Assembly: GCA_016218685.1 (NCBI GenBank)
Contig: JACRDD010000023.1
Location: 3,688 to 67,687, forward strand
Origin: Desulfobacterales bacterium
GTDB lineage: Bacteria > Desulfobacterota > Desulfobacteria > Desulfobacterales > Desulfosarcinaceae
DNA length: 64,000 nt
Direction: 5' to 3'
Shown: positions 22,271 to 31,749 of the stretch, piece by piece
Numbering within the stretch: position 1 is the stretch's first letter
How the letters are laid out: each line of letters opens with the position of its first letter
Position numbers and translations under genes: made by a program
The notes under the pieces: generated by a model
Seen by the model: the letters and a program-made list of their open reading frames with translations, nothing else
Told to the model about the DNA's origin: nothing
Database searches by the model: none

Positions 22271-22287
22271 TCCGCATGCCATGCGGA
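22271..22287. promoter_or_regulatory. Palindromic operator upstream of the TA module
   Basis: TCCGCATG-C-CATGCGGA perfect inverted repeat ending 13 nt before the antitoxin ATG. Confidence 0.55.
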
Positions 22288-22300
22288 AAGAGAGGTCCTT

Positions 22301-22519
22301 ATGGGATATTCCTTGCCTATAGAAAAAATGACCAATATCGAAAAGATCTTGGCGATGGAAAAGCTGTGGGAGGATCTTTGCCGGGATCCGCAAGCGATAG
22401 ATTCGCCAACTTGGCACGGAGAAATTTTGGCCGCAAGAGAGCGAAGCGTTAAGGCCGGAAAATCAAAATTTGTTACCCTAAAATCAGCAAAGGAGATCAT
22501 CAAGGACCGGCTCAAATGA
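22301..22519 (+). CDS. Putative addiction-module antitoxin (TIGR02574-like)
   Basis: MT..EKILAMEKLWEDL...SPTWH.EILAARE pattern; GAGG RBS; ATGA overlap with the toxin. Confidence 0.82.
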   Translation: MGYSLPIEKMTNIEKILAMEKLWEDLCRDPQAIDSPTWHGEILAARERSVKAGKSKFVTLKSAKEIIKDRLK

Positions 22520-22806
22520 AAATTGAGATCCTGGATGCCGCCATCGATGATTTGGTTGAGGGTTTCAATTTTTATGAAAGCAAGTCCCGAGGACTGGGCG
22601 ATTATTTCCTGGACTCCCTGTTCTCGGATATTGAATCTCTTCAACTGAATGCAGGTGTTCATGCGATCTATTTCGGACATCACAGATCACTATCCAAGAG
22701 GTTTCCATTCGCAATCTATTATAGAATCCATAGATCCAGCGTGCGGGTGTTCGCCGTTTTGGATTGCCGTCGCAATCCATCCTGGATCCGTAAACGGCTT
22801 ATATAG
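22516..22806 (+). CDS. RelE/ParE family toxin
   Basis: AIDDLVEGFNFYESKSRGLG, KRFPFAIYY, VFAVLDCRRNP. Confidence 0.88.
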   Translation: MKIEILDAAIDDLVEGFNFYESKSRGLGDYFLDSLFSDIESLQLNAGVHAIYFGHHRSLSKRFPFAIYYRIHRSSVRVFAVLDCRRNPSWIRKRLI

Positions 22807-22819
22807 TATATAATCCATG

Positions 22820-22851
22820 TGCCACCGCTCACCGGGCGGTGGCATTTTTTT
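22820..22851 (+). terminator. Rho-independent terminator after the TA module
   Basis: TGCCACCGCT-CACCG-GGCGGTGGCA followed by a T run. Confidence 0.8.
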
Positions 22852-22879
22852 AGGATGAACCTGAAAACAAGGATAAATA

Positions 22880-24319
22880 GTGTTGAAAAATAGATCATTG
22901 GAAGCAATGGGCGCCATTTTCAATCCCCGCTCCATCGCCGTCATCGGCGCCTCGGACGTGCCCGGCAAATGGGGCCATCGCATGATCGACCGGCCCATGA
23001 AGACCGGTTTTCCGGGACCGATCTACCCCATCAACCCCAATAAGAAGGAGATCCTGGGGCTGACCGCCTATCCCCATGTGGCGGCCGTGCCGGGCGACAT
23101 CGATCTGGCCGTGATCACCACCCCCACCGATACCGTGCCGGGCGTGCTCAAGGAGTGCATCGCCAAGGGCATCAAGGGCGCGGTGGTGATCAGCGCCGGC
23201 TTTGCCGAAACCGGTGAGCGGGGGAGCCAACTGCAGGAGGAGGCCGCGGCCGTGGCCCGGGCCGGCGGCATCCGCCTGGTGGGGCCCAACTGCATGGGCA
23301 TCTTCAGCGCCGGCGGCCGCTTGAGCCTCTGCTTTCCCGAGGCGCCCAAGAGCGGCAGTATCGCCTTCATCTCCCAGAGCGGCACGTTCGGCGTCTCCAT
23401 CGCCCAGGTGGCCGCCGACCAGGGCTACGGCCTGAGCAAATTCGTCAGCATCGGCAACCAGGCCGACCTGACGGTGGCCGACTATCTTGAATATTTGGCC
23501 GACGATCCCGACACCAATGTCATCGCCCTCTACGTGGAAGGTTTCAAGGACGGCCAGCGCTTCTTCGACGTGGCCCGCCGGGTGGTGAAGAAAAAGCCCA
23601 TCGTGGTGTACAAGGCCGGCCGTTCGGAAGCCGCCGAGCGCGCCGCCATGTCGCATACGGCCTCGGTGGCCGGTTCGGCCGTGGTCTTCGACAGCATCTG
23701 CCGGCAGATCGGTTTGCTGCAAGTGCACGAGTCGTTTCACCTCTTTGAAATGGCCCAAGCCCTGGCAGGTCTGCCGGTGCCCAAGGGCAACCGCGTGGCC
23801 ATCCTGGGCAGCGGCGGCCAGGGGGTGGTGGGCACCGATGCCTGCGCCGCCCTGGGCATCGAGCTGCCGCCCCTGGACCCCCAAACCAGCGCCACGATTA
23901 ACGCTTTGCTGCCGCCGCATGCACCGCCGGCGCGCAACCCGGTGGATTTCGCCGGGGCCACGCGCACGGCCATGCAGGAGGCCGAGATCATCGAGCAGTT
24001 TCTCAAGCTGGAGTACATCGACGGCGTGATCAGCAATGTGCCGGTGAGCCCCCAGCTCTTCGAGAAGAATTTGAACATCGACCGGCACGCCAAGGAGATG
24101 CCCGAACGGGTGCGGGTGGCCGTCACCGGCGGCGAGCGCTATGCGGCTTTGCCCAAGAAGTACGGCAAGCCGGTGATATGCCTGCGCTTCGCCAACCTGG
24201 AGCATGACATCATGGAAGAGATTCTGGGGGAGGGGGGGATTCCGGTGTACAGCTCGCCGGAGCAGTGTGCGCGGGCGATGTATGCGTTGGTGCAGTATGG
24301 TAAGGTGAGAAGAAGTTGA
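22880..24319 (+). CDS. Acyl-CoA synthetase (NDP-forming) alpha subunit / CoA-binding protein
   Basis: FNPRSIAVIGAS, GPNCMG, SQSG, SIGNQAD, phospho-His SHTAS, NPVD. Confidence 0.88.
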   Translation: MLKNRSLEAMGAIFNPRSIAVIGASDVPGKWGHRMIDRPMKTGFPGPIYPINPNKKEILGLTAYPHVAAVPGDIDLAVITTPTDTVPGVLKECIAKGIKGAVVISAGFAETGERGSQLQEEAAAVARAGGIRLVGPNCMGIFSAGGRLSLCFPEAPKSGSIAFISQSGTFGVSIAQVAADQGYGLSKFVSIGNQADLTVADYLEYLADDPDTNVIALYVEGFKDGQRFFDVARRVVKKKPIVVYKAGRSEAAERAAMSHTASVAGSAVVFDSICRQIGLLQVHESFHLFEMAQALAGLPVPKGNRVAILGSGGQGVVGTDACAALGIELPPLDPQTSATINALLPPHAPPARNPVDFAGATRTAMQEAEIIEQFLKLEYIDGVISNVPVSPQLFEKNLNIDRHAKEMPERVRVAVTGGERYAALPKKYGKPVICLRFANLEHDIMEEILGEGGIPVYSSPEQCARAMYALVQYGKVRRS

Positions 24320-24389
24320 CTCGCCGGCTTGCCCGCGATCCGGCGCGGGAACTTATTGTAGCTTAAATCTATGGATCGGAGGAGTAATC

Positions 24390-25199
24390 ATGAGCGGTCG
24401 GTTGGAAGGTAAAGTGGCGATTATCACGGGCGGCACCAGCGGCATCGGCGCGGCCACGGCGGAAGTGTTCAGCAACGAGGGGGCCAAGGTGATCATCGCC
24501 GGGCGCTCGGAAGAAAAGGGGGCCAAGCTGGCCCAGCGCCTGGGGGCCAATGTCGTTTATCAGCGGGCCGACGTGACCCGGGAGGGGGATATCAAGGCCC
24601 TGGTGGATCTGGCCGTGGGCAAGTTCGGCAAACTGGACTGCATGTTCAACAATGCGGGCGGGCCGGATCGCGGCACCCTGGACACGGTAACGCCCGAGGA
24701 TTTTAATTACAGCATGAATCTGCTGCTGGGCAGCGTGGTCTTTGGCATCAAGCATGCCGCGGCGGTGATGAAACCCCAGGGTTCGGGCTGCATCATCAAC
24801 AACGCCAGCATCGCTGCCATCCGCAGCAATCAGGGCGGTTATCTCTACAGCGCGGCCAAGGCCGGGGTGCAGCACATCACCAAGATCGCCGGCGTGCAGC
24901 TCGGGCCGTTCGGCATCCGGGTCAATTCCATCGCGCCGGGAGCCATCGCCACGCCCATCTTCTGGGGCGGATCGGAGAAGGCCAACACTCTGGACGAGGC
25001 GGCCAACCAGAAAAAAATGGAAAAGCTGTTGCGCAGCCTGGCCAACGCCACGCCGCTGCCGCGCCCCGGTTATGACAAGGATATCGCCTACGCGGCGCTC
25101 TTCCTGGCCAGCGACGAGGGCAGCTTCGTCAACTGCCACGATCTGGTGGTGGATGGCGGACGCACGGCCCTGTTCTACGAAAAGCCGCAGCAGAAGTAG
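24390..25199 (+). CDS. Classical SDR oxidoreductase
   Basis: TGGTSGIG, NNAG, YSAAK, IRVNSIAPG, VVDGG. Confidence 0.93.
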   Translation: MSGRLEGKVAIITGGTSGIGAATAEVFSNEGAKVIIAGRSEEKGAKLAQRLGANVVYQRADVTREGDIKALVDLAVGKFGKLDCMFNNAGGPDRGTLDTVTPEDFNYSMNLLLGSVVFGIKHAAAVMKPQGSGCIINNASIAAIRSNQGGYLYSAAKAGVQHITKIAGVQLGPFGIRVNSIAPGAIATPIFWGGSEKANTLDEAANQKKMEKLLRSLANATPLPRPGYDKDIAYAALFLASDEGSFVNCHDLVVDGGRTALFYEKPQQK

Positions 25200-25204
25200 T
25201 ATCG

Positions 25205-25240
25205 GCGCCCGTGCTCGTTCCGGTGAACGGGCACGGGCGC
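25205..25240 (+). other. Intercistronic 16-bp stem-loop
   Basis: GCGCCCGTGCTCGTTC-CGGT-GAACGGGCACGGGCGC; no U tract. Confidence 0.5.
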
Positions 25241-25257
25241 AATGAGCGGAGACGGCC

Positions 25258-26682
25258 ATGAAGCGCAACGTCAAGTTCGCCATTCTGGGATGCGCCGTTT
25301 TTCTTTCCCTGTCCGTCGCGGCCGTGGGCTGGTACATCGTCAAGGCCACGCCCGTAGGCTCCGGCTATACCGCCAAATACCTTTGCTCCAACGTGTTCGT
25401 CTCCGGGCGCGATCCCGATCCGGTCTTCCGGGAAGAGATCGTGCCGATCAATCCCCTGGCCCGCTTCATCGATTACCGCATCGATCGTGAAAAGCAGGCG
25501 GTCACGGCGGACGCTTACGGCGGCTTTTTTGCCCGGACGGCCATCTATAGGGAGGGTTACGGCTGCACCTTGGTGGTCGGTATCGGCGAGGCCGAGCTGC
25601 GCGCCCAAAAGTTGATCCCGCCTGAACGGCTTCAGGCAAAGGTCGTGCTGGACGAAACGCTTCCCTGGCCCGAGGGCGATCAAGGCCCGGTCGATTCGGT
25701 CGGCCTGAGTATTGATGGGAACAAGTTGAACCAGGCGTTGGACGCGGCCTTCAGCGAACCCGACCCAAAAATGCGTCGCAACACCCATGCGATCGTCGTG
25801 GCTTACGACGGCAAGCTGGTGGCCGAACGTTACGCCCCAGGATTTACCAAGGATATGCCGCTGTTGGGCTGGTCCATGGCCAAGAGCGTGACCAATGCCC
25901 TGGTGGGCATCCTGGTGCGGCAGGGTCGCCTGGATCTATCCCGGCCGGCGCCGGTGGCCGAGTGGCAGAAGGCCGACGATCCGCGCCGCGCCATTACCAC
26001 CGACCAGTTGCTGCGCATGAGCAGCGGGCTGGCCTTCAAGGAAGTCTACGCGCCGCTAAACGATGCCCCCAACATGCTGTACGGCAGCGCCGATTTCGCG
26101 GCCTATGCCGCGGCAAAACCCCTGGCAGGGCCGCCCGACAGCCGCTGGAATTACTCCAGCGGCACGGCCAACATCCTGGCCCGCATCGTGCGCCGGACGG
26201 TGGAGCGAGGCGGGCCTTACTACTATCAATTCCTGCACGCCGAGTTGTTCGATCCTCTCGGACTGCGCAACGTCGTCTTCGAGCCGGACCCCTCCGGCAC
26301 CTTCGTGGGCTCTTCCTACTTTTACGCTACGGCCCGCGACTGGGCGCGCTTCGGCCAGCTCTATCTCCAGGACGGCGTCTGGCAGGGGCAACGTTTGCTG
26401 CCCGAAAGCTGGGTGGCCTACAGCACCACCCCCACCGGCGGCGTTCCCAAGCGGCAGTACGGCGCCCACTTCTGGCTCAATGCCGGATCGGCCGACAACC
26501 CCGCCGAACGCCGCTGGCCAGATGCCCCCACCGATGCCTATGCGGCCCAGGGATTCCAGGAGCAGATGGTGATCGTCATCCCCTCCCGCAAGACCGTACT
26601 GGTGCGCCTGGGCGCCGCCACTCCCCGGGAGGCCTGGAGCACCAACGCTTTCATCCGCGACGTGCTGGCGGCGCTGCCTTGA
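25258..26682 (+). CDS. Serine hydrolase, beta-lactamase class C-like family
   Basis: WSMAKS (SxxK), LLRMSSGL, WNYSS, TARDWARFG; N-terminal anchor. Confidence 0.88.
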   Translation: MKRNVKFAILGCAVFLSLSVAAVGWYIVKATPVGSGYTAKYLCSNVFVSGRDPDPVFREEIVPINPLARFIDYRIDREKQAVTADAYGGFFARTAIYREGYGCTLVVGIGEAELRAQKLIPPERLQAKVVLDETLPWPEGDQGPVDSVGLSIDGNKLNQALDAAFSEPDPKMRRNTHAIVVAYDGKLVAERYAPGFTKDMPLLGWSMAKSVTNALVGILVRQGRLDLSRPAPVAEWQKADDPRRAITTDQLLRMSSGLAFKEVYAPLNDAPNMLYGSADFAAYAAAKPLAGPPDSRWNYSSGTANILARIVRRTVERGGPYYYQFLHAELFDPLGLRNVVFEPDPSGTFVGSSYFYATARDWARFGQLYLQDGVWQGQRLLPESWVAYSTTPTGGVPKRQYGAHFWLNAGSADNPAERRWPDAPTDAYAAQGFQEQMVIVIPSRKTVLVRLGAATPREAWSTNAFIRDVLAALP

Positions 26683-27119
26683 ATATGGGTTGGCGCAACA
26701 TTCTCTTTCGCTCGGTTTCCAGGTAGTGGCATTGGGGCACAAGTTTTTAGTGGATCGGTATTCTTTGGGTAATTTTCTCGTATCTCAGGTTTTGTTTGAT
26801 ATTTCCTGGCATGCTCCGCTTGCCATCGCTGGGCATTTTGGGTGATGCAGCCGCGACTTACCGCGTTATCCGCCACAGCCGCTCCGAGCGCCAGGCCGGT
26901 TACCCAATGGTTTTTGCTTCTGATATGGGCGATGATCCTGTGCTTTAGCATGGCAGACAGCCATGTTTTTTCGGAGGATTGCCCTGGATCGGTCTTTGGC
27001 TTTTATGGCCGCCAGCAACGGCTCTTGGACGAGATCCCCCGCGAGGGCCGTATCATTATCCCATTTCAGCGCACTGCGGAAAAGCATATCGCCGTATGGC
27101 GCCCCCCAGGCTTCGGGAT

Positions 27120-28079
27120 TCAGTCCGCCAACGCGCCCTGACAGGATGATCCGGCCCCGGCGGTGCATGCGAAGCAATGGCTGCGAACCACGATTTCACG
27201 CTCGGCGAGCCGGGCGAAATCAAAATCCGCGATATGCTTGGGGGCGCCGCTGTTGACGGTCAAATCCAGCATCTGGTTGAAATCGCAGTCGTACAGGCGC
27301 CCGTCCCAGCCGATCGAAAGCGTGGTCCGACACATGACACTGCTCACTGTTTGGAGATTGAACGCGCATCGCAGGGTGTGCATGTAATCCGACCAGTTGC
27401 CGCTGCGTTTCAAATAGTCGGCGTAGCGGCCGATGGGATTGTTGACCAGGCAAAAGAGCGTATTGAAATGCAGGCCGTGCCGGTCGCGAAGCACGCGGCG
27501 ATACTCGCCTTCCAGCGCGGACTGCGGCCCCGGCAGATAGGCCCCCACCGGATTGTGCACCAGATGCAGCGTAAGGCCGCTGCCGGGCAGGCCGTAGGAC
27601 CTGTGGTTCAATTCCCGGATCACCTGGACGGCGCCCTCGAAGCTGCCGGGCCCACGCTGGCGGTCGGATTTTTCGGCATGGTGGTCGGGCAGCGATCCCA
27701 CCAACTCGATCTTGTGGGCGGCAAACAGATCCAGATAGCGGCGATAGGCGGGATCGAGCAGCACCACCAGGTTGCTGCGCACGATCAGGCGCTTGTTCAG
27801 GACGGCGAGTTCGCCGAGCAGCCATTCGAGGTCCGGATGCATTTCCGGGGCACCGCCGGTGATATCGATGGTGGTGATCCTTGGGTGAGCGGCTGCTTGA
27901 ATGCAGTGGGCCATGGTCTGCCGGCTCATCATTTCCGTGCGCTGGGGGCCGGCCTGGACATGGCAGTGCTTGCAGGTCAGGTTGCAGCGGCGGGTGATGT
28001 TCATCTGCAGGATGTCGATGCCCGCCGCCCGCAAAGGGAAAACACCGCAAGCATTCAAGCGCTCGATGAAGTCATTCAT
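27120..28079 (-). CDS. arsS: ArsS-like radical SAM protein with Cys-rich C-terminal domain (TIGR04167-type)
   Basis: CNLTCKHCH, DITGGAPE, VMCRTTLSIGWDGRLYDCDFNQM, HCFACTAGAGSSC. Confidence 0.85.
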   Translation of the reverse strand: MNDFIERLNACGVFPLRAAGIDILQMNITRRCNLTCKHCHVQAGPQRTEMMSRQTMAHCIQAAAHPRITTIDITGGAPEMHPDLEWLLGELAVLNKRLIVRSNLVVLLDPAYRRYLDLFAAHKIELVGSLPDHHAEKSDRQRGPGSFEGAVQVIRELNHRSYGLPGSGLTLHLVHNPVGAYLPGPQSALEGEYRRVLRDRHGLHFNTLFCLVNNPIGRYADYLKRSGNWSDYMHTLRCAFNLQTVSSVMCRTTLSIGWDGRLYDCDFNQMLDLTVNSGAPKHIADFDFARLAEREIVVRSHCFACTAGAGSSCQGALAD

Positions 28080-28082
28080 CGC

Positions 28083-28418
28083 TTACATCTCCTTTTTGCG
28101 GATGATTTTGCGTATCTGGGTGGCATGCGCCAGCGTGTCGCCGGCCACCATGGCAGCCCCCACATGAATCGCTTCCATCATCTCATCGCTGCCGACGCCC
28201 AGCGAAAGGCACTTGTTGGTGTAGGCATCGATGCAGTAGGGGCAATGGCGCACCGTGGCCACTGTCAGCGCAATCAGGGCTTTTTCGCGTTCGGTGAGCT
28301 TACCGGCGCCGGTGGCCGTGGCATAGTAGTCGAAGAATTTACGGCCGGCCTCGGGGGCGTCTTCGCCGATGTTGGCAAAATCTTCCAGATCACGCGGTTC
28401 GTAATAGGTTTCGGTCAT
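28083..28418 (-). CDS. AhpD/CMD-family peroxidase-like protein associated with ArsS
   Basis: YY.P.DL..F..IG, KFFDYY, LTEREKALIAL, CPYCIDAY. Confidence 0.85.
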   Translation of the reverse strand: MTETYYEPRDLEDFANIGEDAPEAGRKFFDYYATATGAGKLTEREKALIALTVATVRHCPYCIDAYTNKCLSLGVGSDEMMEAIHVGAAMVAGDTLAHATQIRKIIRKKEM

Positions 28419-28490
28419 GTCATGTGTCCTTTCTCGTGGATGAATCGATGGGCAAGCCAAGCCTGCAACGCGCGTGTTCAGTGCCGGGTA

Positions 28491-30023
28491 TCATCTGCGC
28501 CAGGCCATCAAGCGGCTAAAAACAGATTTGGCCAAGGGAGTCAACCGCGTTCGGTTATACGCGTCGCCGATCTGCCGGATGACCTCGGCCTGGGTCGGGT
28601 AGGGGTGAATGGTGTCGGCGATCCGGCCAAGGCCCAATTTGTGGGTCATGGCCAGGGTGATTTCCGAAATCAGGTCACCGGCGTTGGCCGCCACGATGGT
28701 GGCGCCGACGATTTTGTCCGTGCCCTTGCGCACATGCACCCGCGCCAGGCCGTTGGCGTGGCCTTCGAGGACGGCGCGGTCGACCTCGCGCAACTCCCGC
28801 GTGAAGGTGTCGATGGCGATCCCCTGCTCCTGGGCCTGTTTCGCGTAAAGCCCCACATGGGCGATTTCCGGTTCCGTATAGGTGCACCAGGGGATGGTTA
28901 AGGCACTCGCCTTGGACCGGCCGAAAAAGAGGGCGTTGCGAATGACGATGCGCGCCATGAAATCGGCGGCGTGGGTGAACTGGTAGGGCGAGCAGATGTC
29001 ACCGGCCGCGTAGATGTCCGGCTGGGTGGTTTGCAAGCGGTCGTTGACCTGCACGCCTTTCTTGGTGAAAGCGACGCCGGCCGCCTCCAGTCCCAGATTT
29101 TCGACATTCGGCGCGCGCCCCACGGCGACCAGGAGCCGATCGACCACTTCGTCGTACCCTGTGCCGTGGGACGCCACGGTGAGGCGGATTTTGCCGCCGT
29201 CGGCCCTGGCCAATTTAAGATCCTGGCCGCAGCACAGCAGCTTCACCCCGTCCTTTTGCATGGCCTCCAGAACGATGTTGGAAGCATCGGCGTCTTCCCG
29301 GGGAAGGATGCCGTGCAGGGTTTCCACCAGAAGTACTTCCGAGCCGAAGCGGGCAAAGGCCTGGGCCATCTCGCAGCCGATGGGGCCGGCGCCGATGACG
29401 GCCAGCCGCCTGGGCAGTTCGGTCAGGGAGAAAACGGATTCGTTGGTCAGGTAGGAAATCTCCGGCAACCCTTGGATGGGCGGCGCCGCGGCCCGCGCGC
29501 CGGTGGCAATCACCGCTTTTTTAAAGGCCAGGCGTTCGCCGGCCACTTCCACCGTATGGTCGTCGACGAACCGGCCCTCGCCGATAAAGACATCGATCCC
29601 CAGGTCGCTGAAGCGCTGGACCGAGTCGTGGGGCGCGATGGCGGCCCGCAGCCGGCGCATGCGTTCCATCGCTTGGCCGAAATCGACGGTTACGCCCTGG
29701 GGGACATGCACGCCGAACGCCCCGGCGTCGCGGACGGCGGCAGCGGCGCGTGCCGCCCGGATCACGGCCTTGGACGGCACGCAGCCCACGTTCAGGCAAT
29801 CGCCGCCCATCATGTGGCGCTCGATCAGGGCCACCTTGGCCCCCAGGCCGGCCGCACCGGCCGCGCACACCAGCCCGGCAGTCCCCGCGCCGATGACCAC
29901 CAGGTTGTAGCGCGAGGCGGGTTTGGGGTTTTGCCACTCCGGGGGATGGACATGGGACACCAGGCGTTGATTGTGAGCATCCCAAGGCCGCATGATGGTT
30001 TTATCGTGCTCGTTGTCCGACAT
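28491..30023 (-). CDS. MerA-like FAD-dependent pyridine nucleotide-disulfide oxidoreductase (no C-terminal CysCys)
   Basis: GAGTAG, GGDCLNVGCVPSK, FTHAAD, HPYPTQAE; GGAGG RBS before ATG 30023. Confidence 0.85.
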   Translation of the reverse strand: MSDNEHDKTIMRPWDAHNQRLVSHVHPPEWQNPKPASRYNLVVIGAGTAGLVCAAGAAGLGAKVALIERHMMGGDCLNVGCVPSKAVIRAARAAAAVRDAGAFGVHVPQGVTVDFGQAMERMRRLRAAIAPHDSVQRFSDLGIDVFIGEGRFVDDHTVEVAGERLAFKKAVIATGARAAAPPIQGLPEISYLTNESVFSLTELPRRLAVIGAGPIGCEMAQAFARFGSEVLLVETLHGILPREDADASNIVLEAMQKDGVKLLCCGQDLKLARADGGKIRLTVASHGTGYDEVVDRLLVAVGRAPNVENLGLEAAGVAFTKKGVQVNDRLQTTQPDIYAAGDICSPYQFTHAADFMARIVIRNALFFGRSKASALTIPWCTYTEPEIAHVGLYAKQAQEQGIAIDTFTRELREVDRAVLEGHANGLARVHVRKGTDKIVGATIVAANAGDLISEITLAMTHKLGLGRIADTIHPYPTQAEVIRQIGDAYNRTRLTPLAKSVFSRLMAWRR

Positions 30024-30055
30024 TTGTTGCCTCCCTGGCTGTGGCCATGGTCTTT

Positions 30056-30781
30056 TCAGCGGCCCGCCGCGCTTTGCGGAACCTTGCCGAACTTGCGCTT
30101 GTAGAGCGCCAGCAGCTTTTTCACGGTGATCGGGAACAGGCCCAGCACGGCAAAGGAGACCAGCACGCCGGGGGAGAGGATGCCGGACAACGAATCGATC
30201 CGGGCCAGTTGCCGGCCGGCATTGACAAAGACCACGGTGCCGGCCAGCATGCCGAGTTGCGAAACCCAGAAAAAGGTGAACAGCCGCATGGGGGTGAGCC
30301 CCATCAGCAGGTTGATGACAAAAAACGGAAACACCGGCACCAGGCGCAGGGAGAAAAGATAGAAGGCGCCCTCCTTTTCGATGCCGGCGTTGATGGTCGC
30401 CAGTTTGTCGCCGAGTTTGCCTTGTACCCAATCGCGCAGCAGAAAGCGCGAACCGGCGCAGGCCAGGGTGGCGCCGATGGTGCTGGCAAAAGAGACAGCC
30501 ACCGTTCCGGTGAGCAATCCGAAGAGCCCTCCGCCGGCTAGGGTCAACACCGCGGCTCCGGGCAGGGACAATGCCGTGGCAACGATGTAGATGCCCATGT
30601 AAGCGGCGATGACCGAAAATCGATGCGACTGATAGAGGGACTGAAAAGTTTCCTGGGAGGCTTTGATGTATTCCAGGGAGAGGTACTGCCTCAGATTCAA
30701 AGAAAAGAAGGCGATTATTCCGAAAACCACGATCCCGATGACCGCAATCTTTCCCGTCATTTTGCTGTTGCGTATTTCCAT
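30056..30781 (-). CDS. TVP38/TMEM64 (DedA/VTT) membrane protein
   Basis: ALSLPGA, GGLFG, STIGATLA, LRLVPVFPFFVIN, SQLGML. Confidence 0.9.
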   Translation of the reverse strand: MEIRNSKMTGKIAVIGIVVFGIIAFFSLNLRQYLSLEYIKASQETFQSLYQSHRFSVIAAYMGIYIVATALSLPGAAVLTLAGGGLFGLLTGTVAVSFASTIGATLACAGSRFLLRDWVQGKLGDKLATINAGIEKEGAFYLFSLRLVPVFPFFVINLLMGLTPMRLFTFFWVSQLGMLAGTVVFVNAGRQLARIDSLSGILSPGVLVSFAVLGLFPITVKKLLALYKRKFGKVPQSAAGR

Positions 30782-30982
30782 GGTTCTCAATTCCCTTTGC
30801 CGTTTCTCGGCGCCTGCGGTCGTTTGCCGGTCAATCCCCCTTCTGCGTAAATGGGCACTCCCCACTTTATGCTGGTAAATTTTGTTGTCAATAAACCAAT
30901 AACGATACCGGACAATGCACCCAACCGGTGCCATTGACCTCGAGGTCTTATTCGCGATGTGCTGGTAAGCTTGCCCTGGCGT

Positions 30983-31726
30983 TCAGCGCAAGGCTTCCTT
31001 GTTGAAGGTGGCGTCGTCGATGGGCAGGTTGTATTCGACGCGTTCCACGGTGAGTTCGGTGCGCTCGCTCCCGTCGGCCAGGGACATGACCACGCGGAAC
31101 GGTGTCAGGATATCGCTGACCTTGCGGACGTCCTGGTTCTCCAGGAACTTGTGCAGCTTGCCGTTCTGGTAGAAATCCACGCGCACGATGAAGTAATCCG
31201 ATTTGCGCACGTACAAGATGGTTTTGTCGTACACTTTCTCCTTGTCCGCCGTCTTGACGCTCTGCACCTTGAAGCAATCGACGCCTGCGGCCTTTTCGTC
31301 GCCGAGGTATTGGTACTCGTAGTCGTCGATGTCCCGGGACCCCAGATCCTCGTAGTAAAAATGGGAGTGCACGAAGGCATTGCCCTTGTCGGCGGCGGCG
31401 ATGCGCTTGACCTTGCCCGAGGAGAGCACGATCCACTGGTCGTCCTCCTTGCCTTTGTGGGCATGGGTCAGCAGTTGAATGCGGGTGGGCTTTTGAAAGG
31501 AGATGAGCGCCTTGTCCTCGTCGTTGGGATACTCCTTGACCGAGAGCGTGAACTGCTTCTCGTCGGGCGAGCCTCCCTTATAAATCTTCATGGTCACAAG
31601 GCTCTTGGCGCTGCCGGGGGTGGCCAGCTTTTCGCTCTGTTCCATGATGTCGCGGCCGGTAACGGCCCCTGCCACGGCGGGCAGCAGCAGAAGGGCGATC
31701 AGCGCGGCGGTCAACTTGAATTTCAT
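30983..31726 (-). CDS. LolA-like outer-membrane lipoprotein-sorting protein
   Basis: Signal peptide; DDQWI..GKVKRIA...FVHSHFYYEDL; RVDFYQNGKLHK; VEYNLPIDDATF. Confidence 0.82.
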   Translation of the reverse strand: MKFKLTAALIALLLLPAVAGAVTGRDIMEQSEKLATPGSAKSLVTMKIYKGGSPDEKQFTLSVKEYPNDEDKALISFQKPTRIQLLTHAHKGKEDDQWIVLSSGKVKRIAAADKGNAFVHSHFYYEDLGSRDIDDYEYQYLGDEKAAGVDCFKVQSVKTADKEKVYDKTILYVRKSDYFIVRVDFYQNGKLHKFLENQDVRKVSDILTPFRVVMSLADGSERTELTVERVEYNLPIDDATFNKEALR

Positions 31727-31749
31727 GAAGCCTCCTTTCGAGCGTAGCA

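Noticed and set aside
26683-27119. AT-richer spacer between convergent genes with short hydrophobic ORF fragments
   Set aside because: Frames are interrupted and no family is recognisable. It may be a gene remnant, but this cannot be supported without a search.
27120-27170. Selenocysteine in the ArsS C-terminus
   Set aside because: The position is encoded as Cys (GSSCQG); the TGA comes after the conserved end.
28491-30431. True merA, or a TVP38-reductase fusion
   Set aside because: No vicinal C-terminal cysteines and no mer genes nearby; the two genes are separate, each with its own start and stop.
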